Shown here piece after piece: positions 1 through 11,429 of a DNA stretch of 64,000 nt. A program made the translations under genes and the position numbers. A model generated the notes under the pieces. The model searched no databases, was not told the origin of the DNA, and saw nothing but the letters and a program-made list of their open reading frames with translations. How positions within the stretch are numbered: the first letter of the stretch is position 1; each line of letters begins with the position of its first letter. Source of the DNA: Vicugna vicugna (Eukaryota). The stretch lies in NCBI GenBank assembly GCA_013265495.1, contig MU059000.1, positions 2,088,118 through 2,152,117 on the forward strand, read 5' to 3'.

Positions 1-288
1 ACACCACCAGGTAAAGTGTAACTTTTCAAAGACAACTTGAAAACCATGACTCTCACTTCTCTTCTAACTACAACCACCGTCATTAAAAAAAAAGGAAAAG
101 AAATGATGAGGACACAGGAAATCACAAAACAGCTGTCATTTGTGGGGTGACTACTAGGGGTAGGGTTGTGCTACGCCCAGCCCTCAAACCCCTGCAAAGC
201 AAAGCCAACCATTAGCCATGTTACAGGTGAGAGCACTGATACCTCGGAGCTAAATACCCTCAAAGGTACTGACTCCCCAAAATAGGTG

Positions 289-510
289 TTTTTTTTTTTT
301 TAATTTTCGGAAGTTTATGGGGGGGATTAGGTTTGTTTGTTTTTGACTTTTTAAAACTTTTGTTGTTGTTTTGTGTGTTTTGGTGGGGAGGGCAGGTAAT
401 GAGGTTCATTTATTTCCTTTTCTGAATGGAGGTACCCAGGACCAGGATCTCGTGGACCCAGGATCTCGGCCCGCTAAGCACACGCTCTACCCCTGAGCTG
501 TACCCTCCCC
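289..510 (-). mobile_element. vic-1-like tRNA-Ala-derived SINE with extended, doubled A-rich tail
   Basis: Reverse strand reads GGGGAGGGTACAGCTCAGGGGTAGAGCG... (A-box region), then AAATAAATGAACCTCATTACC...CCCC and a poly(A) at 289-301. CCAGGATCTCG is duplicated (442-452, 458-468) next to the B box. Confidence 0.85.
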
Positions 511-609
511 TCATCCCGAAAAGAGTTGCTAATAGACTGACTGAGGGAGCCTGATTTTGGAAATGTCATTGTTCACGTATTTTTTAATTTCCAATTTTAC
601 CCAGCTGTA

Positions 610-1480
610 AGGACGCGCCCCCCGGAACGAGGGGGCCCCTCATCAGTCTGCGGGGCTGGGGTGCATCTCGAGGACCGCGAGCACCCTCACACGCCAGGCC
701 AGGGCCGCGCGCACCGCGCCTCCCGCACCCACCAGCGCGCGCTTTAAGGCCCGGGGACGCCCCGTGGGGAGCCCCCCAGCACTTCCCACCCAGCTCCGCT
801 CCCGTCACCGCACGACCTCTCGGGTCCACAGTGTTAACTGCTCTCTCCCCGCCCGGCCCGGCCTCCCGCCGGCTGCGGGGCTCCCGGAGCCGGAAGGCCC
901 GTCCCGAGGGCGGGCGGGACGCTCCCCTGCGCGCTCGGGCGAGGGAGGGGCGGCCGCGGCGCGGAGCGCGGGGGGCGGGGGCTGGCCCGGTCCCGGGGGA
1001 GGCGCGGCCGAGAAGAATGGGGCCCCGCGAGGCCGCAGATAAGCATCTCGCCTTCTCCCTCCCCTTCCTTGTTCCCGGGGCTCGCCCACCCGCGCCTTTT
1101 AACTGTCAGGGAGCCAATGCCAGGCGCTNNNNNNNNNNNNNNNNNNNNNNNNNNNNNNNNNNNNNNNNNNNNNNNNNNNNNNNNNNNNNNNNNNNNNNNN
1201 NNNNNNNNNNNNNNNNNNNNNNNNNNNNNNNNNNNNNNNNNNNNNNNNNNNNNNNNNNNNTGATACTGAGCGCGGCCGGCCCCTCCGCCCCCCGGCCAGC
1301 CCCGCTGCGGATGGGCGCAGGTCGGCCTCTGGCTCCAAGGGGGCGGGGGCGGGGATCCCAGCTCGGGAGCCCGGGCGGGGCCCCCACGTCGCTCCTTGCG
1401 AGGTCACCTGTGCCGGCCACCCCGAGAGGCCCCTGCCAGGGCCCACAGTGACACCACCACACCAAGTGCGGCAGCACCAA
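610..1480. promoter_or_regulatory. CpG-island promoter with N-masked core; probable minus-strand TSS near 1267
   Basis: Very high GC and CpG density. GC boxes (GGGGCGGGG) lie at about 1340-1380. The minus strand has an Inr-like CTCAGT (A at 1267) immediately before the mask (1129-1260). Other motifs: CCAAT 1114-1118, CTGTCA 1103-1108, AGATAAG 1037-1043. Confidence 0.75.
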
Positions 1481-1859
1481 GCCCGTTCCACAGGGAGGGC
1501 AGTCAGTGGCTTCAGGTAACACAGCGATTAAGCAGCAGAGCTGGGCTGTCTGACTCCGTAACGCCGACTTTTAATTTTTGGCTACAGCGAAAAATGAGAA
1601 TTCAGATCTCCTGCTATTGTTGGGCTCAGGTCCCGAGCTAATGTGCTACAAGTCATCGATGAAAACCACTGGCCTGATGGGTACGACCAGAACACGAACC
1701 GGCATCAGCATTCTGAGCAATCCTCCTCCATCAGACCTGTAGCACCCCCCCACCAGCCAGAATCTGCTCTATTTGTCACTGACATCTTCCACATAACTTG
1801 AAAGTGTTCAATTAGTGGGCGTAACTAAACTGAAAATAACTTTTTCTAGACTCAAGAAA

Positions 1860-2400
1860 CAAATTTATACACACCCAAAATCATGGAAAACAGGGATTCA
1901 AACAAATATGTGTACACCTGTGTTCACAGCAGCATTATTCACAATAGCCCAGAGGTGGAAGCAACCCAAGAGTCCATGGATGGATAGATAAACAAAATGT
2001 GGCCTATACCTATGGTGGAATATTACTCAGCCTTAAAGGAAGAAAGTTCTGACAACATGCTACAACACAGAAGAACCTTGTGGACACAATGCTAGGTGAA
2101 AAACACCAGCCACAGAAGGACAAATACTGAATGATTCCACTGAAATGAGGTGTTCAGAGTGGTTGAGTTCACAGACACGCAAAGTGGAACAGTGATTCCC
2201 AGCGGCTGGTGAAGGAGGGATGGGAGTCAGCATTGAATAGGGGACGGAGTTTCAATTTGGGATGATGAACGATTTCCAGAGGTGGATGGTGGTGATGGTT
2301 GCACAACAATGTGCATGTACTTAATACCATGAACTATACATCAAAAAGTAGTTAAGATGGTAAATTTTAATTTATGTATATTTTACCATGATTTTTTTAA
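1860..2400 (+). mobile_element. Old L1 (L1MB-like) ORF2 end and 3' UTR
   Basis: Contains CAGCATTATTCACAATAGCC...GGAATATTACTCAGCC and ends ...GTTAAGATGGTAAATTTTAATTTATGTATATTTTACCA, typical of L1MB 3' ends. Confidence 0.85.
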
Positions 2401-4028
2401 AAAGGATCAATACCGAGGCAGCTAATGGATCTGTATTCAGCCCTGACAAAGGGGGGAAAATACTAAATTATGCTGAAGTCTGCCCCAATGTGTGCATACT
2501 GACGGAATCTTCAACTAACAATAATGGTGTATTCAACACGTTAGCATCACATCTGAGCTTTCAAGTGAGGTCTAGAACACTGGCATGAGGAGTTTTACAG
2601 ATCTATTTTTCTGAAGATTTTAGAGCATTCCAAAGAGGCTATTTCATAGGCTGACACAGAAAGCCATAACCTCTTAAGGTTTGATGTGAAAAACAAAGAA
2701 CAACAGAAATTTGCTTTGCCTACCTTTGCTGCACTAACAAACTTTTCAAAAGGAACTGAAAAAGTTTTGACCTGTGCTCTTTCACACCTTGAAAAATTCT
2801 TCTAAGCACACACTCTTTCACTACCCTAACTTTTTCATAGGGGGTTGGTATAACTCCAGTTCCGAAAAATGACAGGGATACTATAAAAACAGGAAAATCA
2901 TGAGGCCATCTCACTTGTACCTTTCTAAACCAAATATTAATAAACTCATTCCAGCAATATGGAAAAAAGATAATATTTTGCACTTAACTAAAGACAGTTC
3001 ATGAATGCAAGATCAGTTTAATATTTAAAAATCAATTAGCCAACCAAGTAATCACTAAATGAAATAGTTACGAAATTAACAGAATAGAGGAGAAAAAAAT
3101 CATACAAATATCTCAATATACGCAGAAAAAAAGCAGTTGAAGAAACGCAATGCCCATTGTCGATAAAAACTCTTGGCAAACTAAAAATAGAGAAGAACTT
3201 CCTTCATCAACCAAAGGGTATTGACAAAAACCCTACAGCAAACACCAGACGTGGTGGTGAAAGGTTGAAAGCTTGCCTTCCGGGACTGGAATAAGACACG
3301 GATGTTCTATCACTACTTCTACTGTACTGGTGCTCTAACCAGGTTGGCAAGGCAAGAAAAGACGTGAGTAAAATGCATGTGTAAAGGAAATAAGAAATAC
3401 AAATCTTATTTACAAGTAATGCTTTTTGTGTGAAGAAAAGCCAAAGGATCTTACATATACATGTTTAGAACTAATAAATTCCATCAATACTGACACAGAT
3501 ATAAATGAAATGAATAGGACATCAGGGGTGCACATCCCAGAAAATATTTTGTGTCTTCTGGAAACGGGAGGTGGGTAAGCGAAATAAGAGTGTATGATTT
3601 GATTTGAGAATGGCTGAAGTTGGGTGATAGGTACAGGGAGTCTGCTATAGCCTTCTACCTATTTTTGTATCTGTTCAGAAGTTTTTATAATAAAAAGACT
3701 TTTAAAAAAATAAGTAAGATTGGCTGCTGGATACAAGGTCAACAGACAAAAATCAATTACAGTTCTCTAAATCAGTAAAAGGAGCTAGAAAATATTTTTA
3801 ATATACCATTTGCAACAGCATTAAAACATCAAGTGGCTAGATATATTTCTAATAGAAAAGCACAAGACAGAAGATTGTAACCATTACTCAGAGAAACTGG
3901 AGAAGACATAAATAAATGGAGGGGTATACCATGTTCATGGATTGGAAGACTCAATGCTGTAAAAACGTCAATTCTTCCCCTAAATCATCCAGAGATTAAC
4001 TGCAGTGCCTGTTGAAATCCCAAAGGCC

Positions 4029-4047
4029 TGTGTGTGTGTGTGTGTGT
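4029..4047 (+). repeat. (TG)9 microsatellite
   Basis: Read directly from the sequence. Confidence 0.95.
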
Positions 4048-4633
4048 AGCTTGAGAGACTAATTAAAATAGAGGGCTAAGGACTAGGAAAAGCCAAGATC
4101 TTGAAGGAGAAGTACAAGGTGAAAAGATCTGCTCTACCAGATATGAAACTTTTAAGAAACTACAATAATCCAGACAATGTGATGCTGATACAAAGATAGA
4201 AAAAAAGACCAGTGGAATAGAATCAATAGCCAAAGAGAGACCTTTATATGTCCAACCTCTGCTATTTGGGAAGGAGTACACTGCAGAGTGGTGGGGAAGG
4301 AACAGTCTTCCCAATGAATTACGCCCAGGCAGTGGCACATCCATATGGGAGAAGTCTCACATAAGATCTAAAACTAAACTCCAAAAAGACTTTAGATTAA
4401 AATATGAAAGGAAAACAGTAAAATATCTAGAAGACAGCATAGCAGAAGTTTCATGGCCTGCCATCAGCAAATGTGTTGTTAAACACATAAAGAGCACAAA
4501 TGATAAAAGAAAAGATTTTATACATTGGACCACATAAAAATAAAAATTTCTGCTTATCAAAGACACGAATCAGTGAATGAAAATATAAGCCAGAGAGTAG
4601 AAGATACTTGCGACATACATAAACAACAAAGGG

Positions 4634-4904
4634 TGGAGGGTATAGCTCAGTGGTAGAGCGCGTGCCTAGCATGCATGAGGTCCTGGGTTCAATCCCCAGT
4701 GCCTCCATTAAAAAAATAAATAAATACAGCACAATGTCTCAGTCATGCACATACATACATATATTCATCTGTACACCAGAAATTGACACATTGTAACTGA
4801 CTGTACTTCAGTAAAAATAAATAAATAAACAAATAAATAAACCTAATTATCTTCCCCAATCAAAATTTTAAAAATAAATAAAATACTTCAAATAAATTTA
4901 AAAC
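4634..4904 (+). mobile_element. vic-1-like SINE with 12-bp TSD and an internal L1 micro-insertion
   Basis: tRNA-Ala(AGC)-like head TAGCTCAGTGGTAGAGCG...GGTTCAATCCCCAGTGCCTCCA, then AAACCTAATTATCTTCCCC. TSD AACAACAAAGGG at 4622-4633 and 4905-4916. Confidence 0.92.
4725..4827 (+). mobile_element. About 100-bp 5'-inverted (twin-primed) L1 3'-end fragment
   Basis: 4725-4767 is the reverse complement of L1 tail sequence (GAATATATGTATGT...ACATTGTGCTGTA). 4769-4812 is the sense continuation (CTGTACACCAGAAATTGACACATTGTAACTGAC). Compare the uninverted copy at 50455-50528. Confidence 0.8.
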
Positions 4905-5676
4905 AACAACAAAGGGCCTAAGTCAAGAACGTAAGGATTCCAAATCAGGAAGAAACATAAAGATAACTCAGGAAGAAAGTGAGCAAGTGTCTGATGGGCA
5001 CTCGTTAATTAGATGGCCAATAGTGAGTAGTAGAATGATTTGAAATAATTTGTAATAGTTGTCCCCATCTCAGAGGGGATGAAACACCACAGATAGAATA
5101 AAGTAAAATTAAACATCTTAAAAATACACACCGAGCATCCAGGTGAGCAAACTTCCTGACACGGACCCTCTGCTCATAAAATCTCACTTTCCTGGCTCTT
5201 GACCACTGAACCCATGCATAATGAAATAAGGGTTTCTCCTTCTAAGTCAACTGACTTGTAAGAGTTATTTGATGTCTGGAAAGTCTTTTGGCTCTTTTTT
5301 CAAACCTTCTGATGCCTTTTTTGTTAAAAATTTTCATTTTTTTTAAAGACTACGTTCAGCACTGACTTCACAATAGATTCTGATCTGATGAGATCAGTTC
5401 CCTGCCTGAGGTCATAGGGCTCCCTTTAGCCCTTCAGTAACAGTAATAATTAAAATGTATCTGAGCCATTTTTAACATAAAGTTCTCATGCATTTTCCCC
5501 AAGCATACTGAAGGTTTATAAATTAATTAAAAATAATAGTCATAGCAGTAGTCAAAGTTATGCACCGCAGACGTATGATACAGTAAAGATTTGTTTACGA
5601 ACATCACATCGCTTCAATTCTGTTCCATTTCCATCAAGTTTCTAGGCATTTATCAAGAATTACCAGCCTAAAAAAT

Positions 5677-6140
5677 AACAGAGTCCACAGACAAAGAAAA
5701 CGAACTTATGGTTACCAAAGGGGAAAGAGGGGGAGGGACAAATTAGGAGTTTGGGATTAATGGATACACATCACTATATATAAAATAAACAAACAACAAG
5801 GACCTACTGTATAGCACAGGGAATTATATTCAGTATCTTATAATAAACTATGATGGAAGACATAGAAAACAAACCTACGGTTACCAAAGGGAAAGAGGGG
5901 AGAAGGATATATCGGGAGTTTGGGATTAGCAGATACAAACTACTACATATGGAATAGGTAAAGAAGGTCCTACTGTATGGCCCAGGGAACTACATTCAAT
6001 AACTTGCAATAACTTATAATGAAAAGAATATGAAAAAGAATATACATATGTATAACTGGATCACCATGCTGTATACCAGAAACTAACACACACTGTAAAT
6101 CAATTAAACTTCAGTAGAAGAATAAAATTTTTAATGTGAA
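5677..6140 (+). mobile_element. Head-to-tail dimer of cetartiodactyl-type L1 3' UTR
   Basis: Unit 1 (5677-5858) stops at AAACTATGATGGAA. Unit 2 restarts at GACATAGAAAACAAAC (5859) and runs to the A-rich tail. Confidence 0.85.
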
Positions 6141-6815
6141 AAAAATAATAATATTTGTTGACACGTATGTGGAGAAATCAGAACCCTTGTGCACTGCATA
6201 TGGACATGTAAAATGGTGCAGCTGCTCGGTAAGCAGAATGGTGACTCCTCAAAAAATTAAACAGAGAACTGCCATGTAATCCAGAAATTCCACTCCTGGG
6301 TCCAGACCCCAGAGAACTGAAAGCAGAGACTTGAAGGGNNNNNNNNNNNNNNNNNNNNNNNNNNNNNNNNNNNNNNNNNNNNNNNNNNNNNNNNNNNNNN
6401 NNNNNNNNNNNNNNNNNNNNNNNNNNNNNNNNNNNNNNNNNNNNNNNNNNNNNNNNNNNNNNNNNNNNNNNNNNNNGGAAGGAAATTCTGACCCACGCTG
6501 CAACATGGATGAACCCTGAGGACATGATGCTGAGTGAAGTAAGCCAGACTCAAAAGGACAAACGTCGTATGATTCCACTTACAGGAGGCACCCAGCGGGG
6601 TGAGATTCACAGAGACAGTAGAACTGGGGGGTGGGGGGAGTTAGTGTTTAACAGGGACAGAGTTTCAGTCTGGGGAGGTGATCTGGTTTAGGAGATGACG
6701 GTGGGGGTGATGGCTGCACAACAGTGTGGATGTCCTTGGTGCTACTGAACTGTACACTTTCAACTGGTTAAAATGGTAAGTTATATGTCGTGTGTATCTT
6801 AACCACAACGAAAAA
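6140..6815 (+). mobile_element. Old L1MB-like ORF2 C-terminus and 3' UTR
   Basis: GTGGAGAAATCAGAACCCTTG..., ATGGATGAACCCTGAGGACATGATGCTGAGTGAAGTAAGCCAG, ending TGGTTAAAATGGTAAGTTATATG. Partly masked (6339-6476). Confidence 0.85.
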
Positions 6816-7149
6816 GGTAAAGCAAAAATAGAAAAAAGAAGGACCAACTTAGATGATTATAACAATGTTGCCCTAGTGAGGCTGGTGTCAGAATTAAGAG
6901 GGGACACATGAACAGCCCTTGAACAGTGCCCAATACTGTCGTCAGCACACACACAAAACCACCATTCCCAGCACAATCACCATGGCCACGAATTTCCCTG
7001 CAGGCACGTTTTACTCCATCGCGCCACTATTTTAAAGGCGAAATGTTCCAGGTGTCATGTGAAGTCATCTCAATAGATGGCTCTCTGGCACTTGTACCTT
7101 CCTCAAGGGAACCATGCCGGCCCTGCTGGAGAGCAGACTCCAGGACTGT

Positions 7150-7500
7150 CAAGGTCCCGCGGAGCCCAAACCACAGGACCCGGAACCAGGCAAGTCCTAC
7201 CTCCACTGCTCCTCCGCCCGCGTCCGGAGCCCCGCCAGCGCTGTCTTGGATCGTTCACAGTAACTCGCTCTGAAAGAGAACAGAAAATGCAGGTTAAAAT
7301 AATAAATGATTTTCAGTCCATAAAACACTCAGTACCCACAGATCAATGCTCTCAAGCAGTTCTGTTTTTCAGTCCGAGGACTGACTCTGGCGCAGGCGCG
7401 CTGCCTCCGTTCATGGCGAGGAAACTCAACCTGGCAGCAGGCAAGCGCCTCAACCGGCGGGAGACAGCGTGTCCTCGAGGAAACAGAGAACACCCAAGCC
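7150..7500. promoter_or_regulatory. CpG-rich patch containing a candidate minus-strand exon
   Basis: Local CpG enrichment relative to the flanks; splice signals bracket 7201-7269 on the minus strand. Confidence 0.4.
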
Positions 7501-8814
7501 CCTGACTCGGGGCTCTGCAATTTGCAATATATACTTCAAAAATCAGAAATAAATCTATTTTTTTTACATCGAAGGCAAAAGGAAATAGAGAATAGAGACA
7601 CTGATTTGTCAAACTCTGAGATGAAGTGCTTATAACACAAAATTTGACACCCTGAACTTTGATACGTTCAGGAAATTATACACTGCGTGAGGCCCGGCCA
7701 AAGCCTCATGAATTCTACTCATCACTGCGGACGGCCCCAAAATACAGCTATTTGTTTAAGAGATCCAGGCAAACCTGCAGACAGCGGAAACAAGCAAACT
7801 TCAGAAGAACTGTTTTTAAGACAACTCTGTCCAACCTCAAAGAAACACAGAAAGAAACAGATCTAAAAATCCCTGTATCAAAAACATAAAATGGACCAGG
7901 GGGACACACAGCCCTGGAGGAGGAGCCAACGGGTAAGCCAGGGCCAGGTGGGTTCTCAAATGGGGACGCCAGGCACCTGGGCTGAGCTACCATCTCCAGG
8001 TCGGGTCTCCGAACAGCCCAACATAATGTACCTTTGCAGAGATCAAGTCGTCATGTGGAGTAATTCTGATACTGGCATCAAAAGCTTCCTAATTAATCTC
8101 TTTAACACTGTAGTTTCAAAGAATAAAGTAAAGGCCACCAGAGACCAAAGAAAAAGAAAACACAGTCAAGTTATTACCTCCTGGCCAGGCAAGGAGACAC
8201 ACGTCAGTAAAGAAACCCACTGAGGAGTCGTCTCCAGGGGCAAGTCAGGGGTCGACAGTGGCGGGGTCAGGTGTGCCAGCTACGTTAACTCGGGCATGAG
8301 AGCTAGCACCCTGCAGAGGGAGTCCATGGTACAAGGCTGGTCAAAACAAGCCCCACTGTCCACTGGTCAAGAAACCGTCTTCGGTGACGCCCAGTTAAGG
8401 TCTGTGGTACAAGGACGCCTCGAAGTTCATGGTGCTTTAACCAAGTCAGTTGGTTAGAACCAGTTCTGACGAAACACAGTATTTAGCTTTGGCAAATTCT
8501 GACAGAAATGGAAAATGTTCCTCACACGTAGGTTGTAACAACCACACGCAATGCAGGACATCGGAGTGGACGCTCATTTGCAGAACCAGCAGTGAGGACA
8601 TTTGTGGAAAGTCTAAATATGGGTGGGGTTGTCCACGAGAAGAAAACCTATTGAAATGGGAATGGCTGGCTGACAAAATAGGTCCCCAAACAGCATGTAC
8701 CGTGTGATACATTTTGATAATAATAATGATAATGGACTTACGGGTGCACGTAGAAGACCCAGCGGATGTGCACGGTGTTAGTAGCGAGTTGGGGTAAAGA
8801 AGGTGAGCTAGGCT

Positions 8815-9508
8815 TTTTTTTCTTTCTTTTTTTTAAATTGCTGTATAATACTGTGTTAGTTTTAGGTGTACAGCAAAGTGATTCGGTTATACATATATAT
8901 GTATATACATTCTTTTCTCATTTTTTTCTATTATAGTTTATTACAAGATACTGCATACAGTTTCCTGTGCTAAACAGTAGGACCTTGTTGTTTATCTATT
9001 TTATGTATAGTAGTTAGTATCTGTAAATCACAAACTCCCAATTTATCCCTCCCCACCCCCTTCCCCTTTGGTAACCGTAAGTTTGTGTTCTATGTCTGTG
9101 AGTCTGTTTCTGGTTTGTAAATAAGTTGATTTACATTTTTTAGATTCCACATATAAGTGATACCATATGATATTTGTGTCTTTCTCTGTCTGATTTACTT
9201 CACCCAGTATGATAATCTCTGGGTTCATCCATGTTGCTGCAAATAGCAAAATTTCATTCTTTTTTATGGCTGAGTAGTATTCCATTATATATATACATAT
9301 TCACATCTTCTTTATCCAGTCATCTGCTGACGGACATTCATGTTGTTTCCATGTGTTTGCTATTATATATGGTGCTGCTGTGAACACTGGGATGCATTAT
9401 TATTTTTTTGAATTAGAGTTTTCCTCTTTTCCAGATACATGCCCAAGAGTGGGATTACTGGATCATACGGTAACTCTATTTTTAGTTTTTTAAGGCACCT
9501 CCATATTT
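8815..9508 (-). mobile_element. Cetartiodactyl-type L1, ORF2 C-terminus and 3' UTR
   Basis: ORF 9043-9285 reads MEYYSAIKKNEILLFAATWMNPEIIILGEV, the L1 ORF2 C-terminus. T-rich tail at about 8815-8835. Confidence 0.9.
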
Positions 9509-10607
9509 GGGGATAGGTTTTAATTTTTATTTTTGCTCTACTTTCTGATTTTCTACAACGACCACCTGCCATTCCTATTATAGTAAAAACTTATTACTAT
9601 GGACTGTTGCAGTGTGAACAAGCTCGCTTTTATTTACCCTGAGGATCTACAGCAGAAAGGTGCTCTGAGATCACGTTGGCCTCCGGACAGACAGAAATGA
9701 CAGCTTGACTCCCGATACCTGAGGGGTTTTTGCCTCAAATCTACAGCTCTGGCCTCACCACATGACAGCCCCCAATGAGTCAGATCTGAAGGTGATTACA
9801 GAACACTAAGAAAATGCTGGGAACGTGCCCAGTTCTTCTTACCACCCACATGAATGCCTGGAAGGTCGGCGCTACCCTGGGCATCCTCGGGCCGCAGCGA
9901 GCCAGCCAGTCACACGGAACCGCGCGGGCGCTGACACCAGCACGAGGAATCAGAGACCAAGAACAAAGCAGTGGGTGACTGTCAGGCTTCCTAACTCTCA
10001 GGGTCAAAAACTAGGTTTCATGACAGGGAGACAAAACTCCCACTGATTTATCTTTCCTTTATCCTGTAACCGGGGATTTCAAGTCTATTTCGTGACTCTA
10101 TCTGTAATTGCTGGGTGGAGAGTTTTTAAAAATGCACAGGAATGTCTTTTCTAAACCAAATCAGAGCCGTAATTTGCAAATCCTAAGAGACCAAGCAGGA
10201 TGGTAAGGGCAGACCCCTGGTTTATCAAGAATAAGGAGGGGGCAAAGTTCAAAGATACGGGAAAATCAAAATAGGCAAGTACCGGATAGTATTAACTTAA
10301 ATAAACCAAAAGTAGGGTTAAATAGGCCCGCTGATGTGAAGAGGTTACATTATTACTCAACTTCAGCCTTCTGAAACAATGGAGAAATGTGAATAAAATT
10401 ACCTCCTAGCATAAATCATTCTTACCCAACCCAAATCCCAGGGAGGACTAGGGAACTGCCGACTTGTACAATCTGAGATGGATGAGTTCCCCGGGCTTCC
10501 AGCAGGAGCAGCAAAGATCAGCCTGGCCTCCCCGCAGAGACGCAGGCAACGAGAAAGGACCCTCTGGAACATCCCACAGAGAGAAAGCTCCTGTTGAATT
10601 TAATATT

Positions 10608-10880
10608 ACGTCATTTTAAGACTACAAAATGGCCATGAAAGGGGTAAATTAGGAGTTTGGGATAACAGACACACACTACTACATATGAAATAGATAAACA
10701 AGGCCCTACTGTACAGCACAGGGAACTCTATATTCAGTTTCTTATAATAACCTATAATGGAAAAGAATCTGAAAAAAATATACATGCATATGTACAACCA
10801 AATCGCTCTGCCGTACACCTGGAAGTAACATTGCAAATCAACTACACTTCAACACAAAATAAAATTAAGAAGAAGAATAT
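10608..10880 (+). mobile_element. Cetartiodactyl-type L1 3' UTR fragment
   Basis: TAAATTAGGAGTTTGGGATAACAGACACACACTAC...CAGCACAGGGAACTC...TTCAACACAAAATAAAA. Confidence 0.85.
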
Positions 10881-11429
10881 AAAGTGGAATATAAAAAGTG
10901 ACATCCTTTATGCCAATTGTGTTTTTTTTTTAAAGGTAATAACACATGGTTAAATAAAAAGGTTCCCTCCCAAATTTATAACAAAAATGTATCTATCTTC
11001 TCCACGGACTTTGTCCAGGGTCATTATTTCAAGCTTCTTTCAAGTCACGGTACAGGTAACACGTACACTCGTTAGATTATGAGCTTGGATGATGGAAACT
11101 TGTATATTAGTTTTTTTCTATCCAAGTCTATAGTAAGGGTCCAATAAATGCTAAAGTCATCATTTTTGTTTGCTTCTCTAGTAATTTATTCTTCAGAATT
11201 TTCAGATCATACAGAGGCTATGCCCCAACTAAACAGAGCTGTGACTTACCAAAGCGTATGTGCTTACGTAACATGACAGTTAAGTTTTTATTTTAGGACA
11301 CTCTCAATATAACTCCCGGAAAAGTCTAACAAAAAGAGGCCTAGATCAGGTTTCAACGCACGGAGTGAAGTCATCTAGCTGCTTATTCAGGGGAAAGTTG
11401 GAAGTAGAAGAGCCACAACCGTGAGACAC

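Larger units (their letters stand above)
2845..5005 (+). mobile_element. Degenerate old L1 (L1M) ORF2 RT-region fragment hosting nested insertions
   Basis: A-rich strand with L1 ORF2 hallmarks: GCTGGATACAAGGTCAAC, CCATGTTCATGGATTGGAAGACTCAAT, TGTGATGCTGATACAAAGATAGA. Interrupted by an L1 3'-end piece (about 3480-3710) and a SINE (4634-4904). Confidence 0.8.

Noticed and set aside
102-240. C-box ATGATGA with downstream CTGA (possible C/D snoRNA)
   Set aside because: No terminal stem or recognisable rRNA antisense element; motifs this short occur by chance.
2718-2775. Possible 32-nt minus-strand micro-exon (TTTTTCAG ... AAG|GTAGGC)
   Set aside because: Short pyrimidine tract, adjacent to degenerate L1, not a multiple of 3; chance is likely.
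4634-4708. tRNA-Ala(AGC)-like gene (also 13488, 39846, 40501, 46696, 60969)
   Set aside because: Each has the vic-1-type tail (AAACCTAATTACC...), an A-rich end and often a TSD. They are SINE heads, not tRNA genes.
6339-6476. N blocks as assembly gaps or structural breakpoints
   Set aside because: Flanks are colinear with L1, and in the 42-kb L1 the block lengths preserve the ORF2 frame. This indicates masking.
8440-8740. Possible ancient DNA-transposon fragment or short ORF pair
   Set aside because: It resembles an old repeat, but I could not identify the family or terminal repeats, and the 85-88 aa ORFs have no recognisable homology. Left unassigned pending a Dfam search.
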